A program made the position numbers and the translations under genes. From NCBI GenBank assembly GCA_030141605.1, contig JAQGDQ010001230.1:1-53622 (forward strand): a DNA stretch of 53,622 bases. Reading direction: 5' to 3'. A model generated the notes under the pieces. It was not told where the DNA came from. It saw nothing but the letters and a program-made list of their open reading frames with translations, and made no database searches. Position 1 is the stretch's first letter, and each line of letters opens with the position of its first letter. Positions 48,225-53,622 of the stretch are shown piece by piece. The DNA comes from Tubiluchus corallicola (taxonomy: Eukaryota; Animalia; Priapulida).

Positions 48225-50405
48225 ACCTATCAAATTATCGTCCAATTTCTCTCCTGTCACCAGCTTCCAAAATTTTTGAAAATATTATTTGTAATCGCAT
48301 TAACAATTTTCTCACTTCATGTAATATACTAACAAAATTTCAATTTGGTTTTCGCAAAACTTACTCCACTTGGTTAGCTACTTCGGAATTTGTTGAAAAT
48401 ATGCTTCTAAATTTAGACAAAAAACTTTTCACTTGTGCAATATCTTAGATTCAACTAAAGTGTTTGACACAGCAAACATGATATTCTACTACATAAATTA
48501 CATTATTATGGCATCAGAGGCCTTGTCTTGGAACTCCTTAAATCATACTTAACTAACTGACAACAGTTCACCACTACTAACAATACATGCTCTGATTCGC
48601 TAGACGTAAACTGTGGTGTACCTCAAGGACCAACTCTTGGGCTGCTGCTTTTCGTAATCTATATCAATGACTTACCTCTTGCTACTAATTTTAGCACTCC
48701 TCTTTTCGCCGTTGACACAAGTCTCTTCCTCACATCTACTAACTATTCAACTTTACAACATCGCACTAACAATGAACTAAAAAAGATTGATGACTGGATG
48801 AAAGCAAATAAATTAGCTGTTAATTACACTAAAACTAAGTATATGTTAATCAGTAGGAACCTTTCACAACAAGACTCTTCCACTTTTGAACTCAAAATTG
48901 GGGACATAACTTTAACACAAAGTAGTAGTATAAAATACCATGGGTTGCATATTGACAACAATACGAAGTGGTCTACCCATATTTCCTCTACAGCAACAAA
49001 ATTAAACAAAACAGCTGGTATTTTTGCAAAGTTAAGACATTTTATTAATTTGCCTGTTTTGAAAATGATCTACCATGCATTAGTCTATCCGTACCTCCAA
49101 TACTGTGTGTTGTCTTGGTGGCAAACAAAAAAAAAATACTTATTACAACCACTATTAACAGTTCAGAATAAAATAGTTAAATACATGATTTTCGCCAATT
49201 ACAGAGACCATACAACACCATCGTACATACACCTTAGTTTATTGAAAATAGAAGATATTTATAATCTTGAATTATTTAAATTCATGTATAAGTATAATAA
49301 CCGGCAGTTGCCTGAGTTATATACTAACTACTTTACCTTAATCAAAGATGTTCACTCTCACTATACTAGGTCTTCCAGTATGGGACATTATTTTCAAACA
49401 CGATTTAACACAGCGTATGGCTTAAATACCTTACAGCACAATGGAGTTATTTTGTGGAATAGTGTACCCAATACAATCATTTCCTCTCCTTCTTTACAAA
49501 TAGCTACCAAACAATATAACATATTTTTACTTAGTAAATATTCAACGGTGTAGAAAACCAGAGTTTTTTTCTCTTTTTTGTGCACGTGTGTCTTTTTGCA
49601 CTAATGTTTTTCTTTTACTAATAGGTATCTTTACAACTTTTGTTACTTTATTAGTAAAAGGTATAAATCAGTTAAAATGAAATTATTCATTCATCGCAGC
49701 CAGTATCTGTATCTGTTTCTACATGGAAATTAAGCCCTTGAATGCTCTTAGCTTATAACCAGCAGTGATACAAAAAAATTTGAATCTATTATTGTAACAT
49801 TAATTTTGCGAAAGAATCACTGATATTCATATAATTTGCCCCCCCCTCACCACAGCCCATTTTTAATGGTTATGATGGCTACATTACTACCATTATATTT
49901 AAATGTTCTATACAATTATAGTTATTACTATAAGTATAATGTATAGCTTAATCTCTTCTCCCCCACTTAAATTTGAGTATATATATATATATATGTCATT
50001 GTATACACAAGTAAGCAATATGGTGCATTGTAATACAAGTAAGTGCTGCATTGACAGATAATCACATAATTCATATTCGTAACAATTTAAAAAAAAATTC
50101 ACTCTTTAAGGCTCGCTCAAAATCGTAATTACATATTATGTTTTCCTCTCTTAACTTTCAGGTTCATTGCTCTTATACCATTGCTATTATTACATCATTT
50201 GCTTCATCCTTATTTACCTTGAGTTATCTACAGAAGCATGTATAACTATAATCATTTTTTCATTTATGTAAGGTGAGAGTGTTGATGACCGTATGGTCGT
50301 ACACTCACCTCGCACTACTCAAATCATTTTATTTAAAGTTTATTAATGTGTATGATATTGTATTTTGATGTCTTAAAATAAATTCATAATTCATAGTTCA
50401 TATGA
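48225..50405 (+). mobile_element. 5'-truncated CR1/L2-type LINE (RT region, C-terminus, probable 3' UTR), inactive
   Basis: NYRPISLL, QFGFRK, GVPQG.TLG.LLF.IYINDLP and FAVDT (catalytic FADD mutated), then ORF 48798-49553. A stem-loop at 50272-50308 and AATAAA plus TTCATA repeats at ~50377-50403 mark a likely 3' end. Confidence 0.9.
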
Positions 50406-50468
50406 ATTATAGTTCAGGTATAAATAGATTAAAAGATTACAGTCGTTTACCCGAAAATTTTGAGTGCA

Positions 50469-52049
50469 AATAGGAGAGCTGGGTGTTAACGTGGATCAGT
50501 TGTGTGAATAGGAGAGCTGGGTGTTAACGTGGATCAGCTGTGTGAATAGGAGAGCTGGGTGTTAACGTGGATCAGTTGTGTGAATAGGAGAGCTGGGTGT
50601 TAACGTGGATTAGTTGTGTGAATAGGAGAGTTGGGTGTTAACGTGGATTGTGAATAGGAGAGTTGGGTGTTAACGTGGATTAGTTGTGTGAATAGGAGAG
50701 CTGGGTGTTAACGTGGATTAGTTGTGTGAATAGGAGAGCTGGGTGTTAACGTGGATTAGTTGTGTGAATAGGAGAGCTGGGTGTTAACGTGGATTAGTTG
50801 TGTGAATAGGAGAGTTGGGTGTTAACGTGGATTAGTTGTGTGAATAGGAGAGCTGGGTGTTAACGTGGATTAGTTGTGTGAATAGGAGAGCTGGGTGTTA
50901 ACGTGGATTAGTTGTGTGAATAGGAGAGCTGGGTGTTAACGTGGATTAGTTGTGTGAATAGGAGAGCTGGGTGTTAACGTGGATTAGTTGTGTGAATAGG
51001 AGAGCTGGGTGTTAACGTGGATTAGTTGTGTGAATAGGAGAGTTGGGTGTTAACGTGGATTAGTTGTGTGAATAGGAGAGCTGGGTGTTAACGTGGATTA
51101 GTTGTGTGAATAGGAGAGTTGGGTGTTAACGTGGATTAGTTGTGTGAATAGGAGAGCTGGGTGTTAACGTGGATTAGTTGTGTGAATAGGAGAGTTGGGT
51201 GTTAACGTGGATTAGTTGTGTGAATAGGAGAGCTGGGTGTTAACGTGGATTAGTTGTGTGAATAGGAGAGTTGGGTGTTAACGTGGATCAGTTGTGTGAA
51301 TAGGAGAGCTGGGTGTTAACGTGGATTAGTTGTGTGAATAGGAGAGCTGGGTGTTAACGTGGATTGTGAATAGGAGAGCTGGGTGTTAACGTGGATTAGT
51401 TGTGTGAATAGGAGAGCTGGGTGTTAACGTGGATTAGTTGTGTGAATAGGAGAGTTGGGTGTTAACGTGGATTAGTTGTGTGAATAGGAGAGCTGGGTGT
51501 TAACGTGGATTAGTTGTGTGAATAGGAGAGTTGGGTGTTAACGTGGATTAGTTGTGTGAATAGGAGAGCTGGGTGTTAACGTGGATTAGTTGTGTGAATA
51601 GGAGAGTTGGGTGTTAACGTGGATTAGTTGTGTGAATAGGAGAGTTGGGTGTTAACGTGGATTAGTTGTGTGAATAGGAGAGTTGGGTGTTAACGTGGAT
51701 TAGTTGTGTGAATAGGAGAGCTGGGTGTTAACGTGGATTAGTTGTGTGAATAGGAGAGCTGGGTGTTAACGTGGATTAGTTTGTGAATAGGAGAGTTGGG
51801 TGTTAAGTGGATTAGTTGTGTGAATAGGAGAGCTGGGTGTTAACGTGGATTAGTTGTGTGAATAGGAGAGCTGGGTGTTAACGTGGATTAGTTGTGTGAA
51901 AGGAGAGTTGGGTGTTAACGTGGATTAGTTGTGTGAATAGGAGAGTTGGGTGTTAAGGTGGATTAGTTGTGTGAATAGGAGAGCTGGGTGTTAACGTGGA
52001 TTAGTTGTGTGAATAGGAGAGCTGGGTGTTAACGTGGATTAGTTGTGTG
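50469..52049. repeat. 38-bp tandem repeat, ~41 copies
   Basis: Unit AATAGGAGAGCTGGGTGTTAACGTGGATTAGTTGTGTG; period checked 50881 to 50919. Confidence 0.97.
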
Positions 52050-52265
52050 TTTTGACAGGAAAGAATGCAAGCAGTTTGTTTCATTCCAAAACTTGACACT
52101 CATGACAATATGGCACCCTAGGAAACTGCCTAGTTTGCCTTTTGGAAGAGCCGGCTCAGCTGTGTACCTAGGTGTCCCATCCTGTGTCCACGTGTCTGTG
52201 TCAAAGTATCAGCTGCACTATGAATTCTTGACACTTGTGACATAATAATGACCTTGAAGCGTAGT

Positions 52266-52823
52266 TCATTGCTGGCATAATAAAAAAAGATTGCAAAACT
52301 TTAGTCGTAGAAAATTTTGTAAGTAATTTTTTCCTGACTGATCACCGCGCTTAATTTCATGTTCAGCCTTTCTCAAAGCGATGTCTTTTAACCGGTAGTG
52401 AAAAAGCTGATGAAGAATAATTGCCAATGCTGCCTGGTCGTATCTATGGCAACAGTAATTTTCAGGTGCTGAGAAGTCACAGGGTAATTTGTGTGACCCA
52501 GTAGGAGCAATGCACTCTTTGATTAAAGCACAAGTCAACCAAGGATATATCACCAATTCACGAACCCATTTTCTATTATGCACGACAAATCTATCACCCC
52601 TTACAGCCAGGAGTTCGTTTGTTTTAAAGTACTCCACATCCGCGTTAAAGTACTCGTACATGCCCTTGTGTATGAAGCAAAACAGTTTCATAGTATACCA
52701 AACTGTTATACCCAAATCACTTGCAGTTCGATTGTATATAGATATGATCTCCTCACTTTTATTCTCTTTCAGTCTAAACGAGGCGTCGACCCAGAACACA
52801 CATCCATAGGCTTGCAATGTTTC
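52266..52823 (-). CDS. DUF1647-like protein (putative glycosyltransferase-like), terminal exon
   Basis: Acceptor TTTTGTTAATACAG|GAA at 52823. Motifs VFWVDASFRL, HKGMYEYF, PWLTCALIKECIAP.GS and CHRYDQAALAIIL are characteristic of DUF1647 proteins. Upstream exons not identified. Confidence 0.78.
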   Translation of the reverse strand, partial: ETLQAYGCVFWVDASFRLKENKSEEIISIYNRTASDLGITVWYTMKLFCFIHKGMYEYFNADVEYFKTNELLAVRGDRFVVHNRKWVRELVIYPWLTCALIKECIAPTGSHKLPCDFSAPENYCCHRYDQAALAIILHQLFHYRLKDIALRKAEHEIKRGDQSGKNYLQNFLRLKFCNLFLLCQQ

Positions 52824-53622
52824 CTGTATTAACAAAAGTATTATTGTTAACTAAAATTTGAAAAGTAACCTGTAACATTAATGTCAGATTGTCAGGTGTG
52901 CAAACTTAAAAAATATTTCGGAAACCGTTCCCCGCTAAAGGAAGATAACGTTAGACTGTTTAGTGTTTTTTGTAGAAAAAAGTGTTAGACGAAGTTTATT
53001 TGTTTATTTTACATAGTCAGCAAATTTTACACTAATACTTCACAAGTACTTCAGAAGTACTTCTGCTGCACGACAGTTAAAGGCCTATACAACCCCAACA
53101 GACACTGAAATTTTTTTACCGTATTATTATGATTAAAAAGAATTTCTAGTCCACTTTCTACAAAATGATCAGATAAATGTCGAATGTGTACATTACCGTG
53201 GAGAACGCCATGTTTCGCGTATTTTGCATGAATGACGTACTTAATACTTGACATAACTAAACTTCAGAAATTAAGCAAAAGTCTAATCACGATTAGCGTA
53301 AAATTGTTACCTTCAAAATGTATAAAGTTTGGCAAAGTGAAATTGCCGACTGCTTTTACACCTCGAGTTCTGCAGTGGCGAAGCAAAATTGGAACAACTT
53401 GAAAATGGCAATATAATAGCATTTAAAGTTTAAAGTTTAAAGTTTCCAGCTGCCACAACTCTTACCACAGTCCTAAAATCGTAAAATTATTACTTCACCC
53501 ATGAGGTATGAGTACCTTCATACCTCCCGTGGACAACATTAAATTCCAGCACGCTATCCTCTTGACCGAGATATGTCATCAAACCATCGTAGTAAATCTG
53601 TGTTTCGACTGCACTGTAGTAA

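Larger units (their letters stand above)
47573..52159. mobile_element. Putative old hAT-like element enclosing a LINE and a minisatellite
   Basis: Left CAGGGCCAGCTCT and right AGAGCCGGCTCAG (10/13 inverted match), subterminal CGCCCTAAGCAAA / CACCCTAGGAAA, flanks CTGTTTTC / CTGTGTAC (6/8). Confidence 0.4.

Noticed and set aside
53051-53622. Possible upstream DUF1647 exons
   Set aside because: Open stretches exist but show no convincing family motifs or phase-consistent splice chain.

Overview
AT-rich, repeat-dense animal genomic DNA, probably from a bilaterian invertebrate (inferred from spliced genes, the TE families and many CTCF-like motifs). It is not prokaryotic. Genes I can support: (1) a NAT16/histidine N-acetyltransferase-like gene on + (two exons found, one frameshift); (2) a convergent ankyrin-repeat plus cGAS-like (Mab-21/cGLR) nucleotidyltransferase gene on -, broken by frameshifts and a 52-bp duplication; (3) a multi-exon pentraxin-like gene on - with an Arg/His/Pro-rich tail, largely missed by the ORF track, plus a partial paralog in a ~2.2 kb segmental duplication; (4) the last exon of a DUF1647-like gene on -. 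Between the cGLR and pentraxin genes is a ~0.9 kb array of same-orientation CTCF-consensus-like motifs. The rest is about nine minisatellite arrays (11-141 bp units) and TE relics: Helitron-like elements, Penelope-like pieces with degenerate hammerhead ribozyme cores, BEL/Pao, CR1/L2 and RTE LINE fragments, and hAT-like elements. All family calls come from reading motifs by eye; no database search was run.
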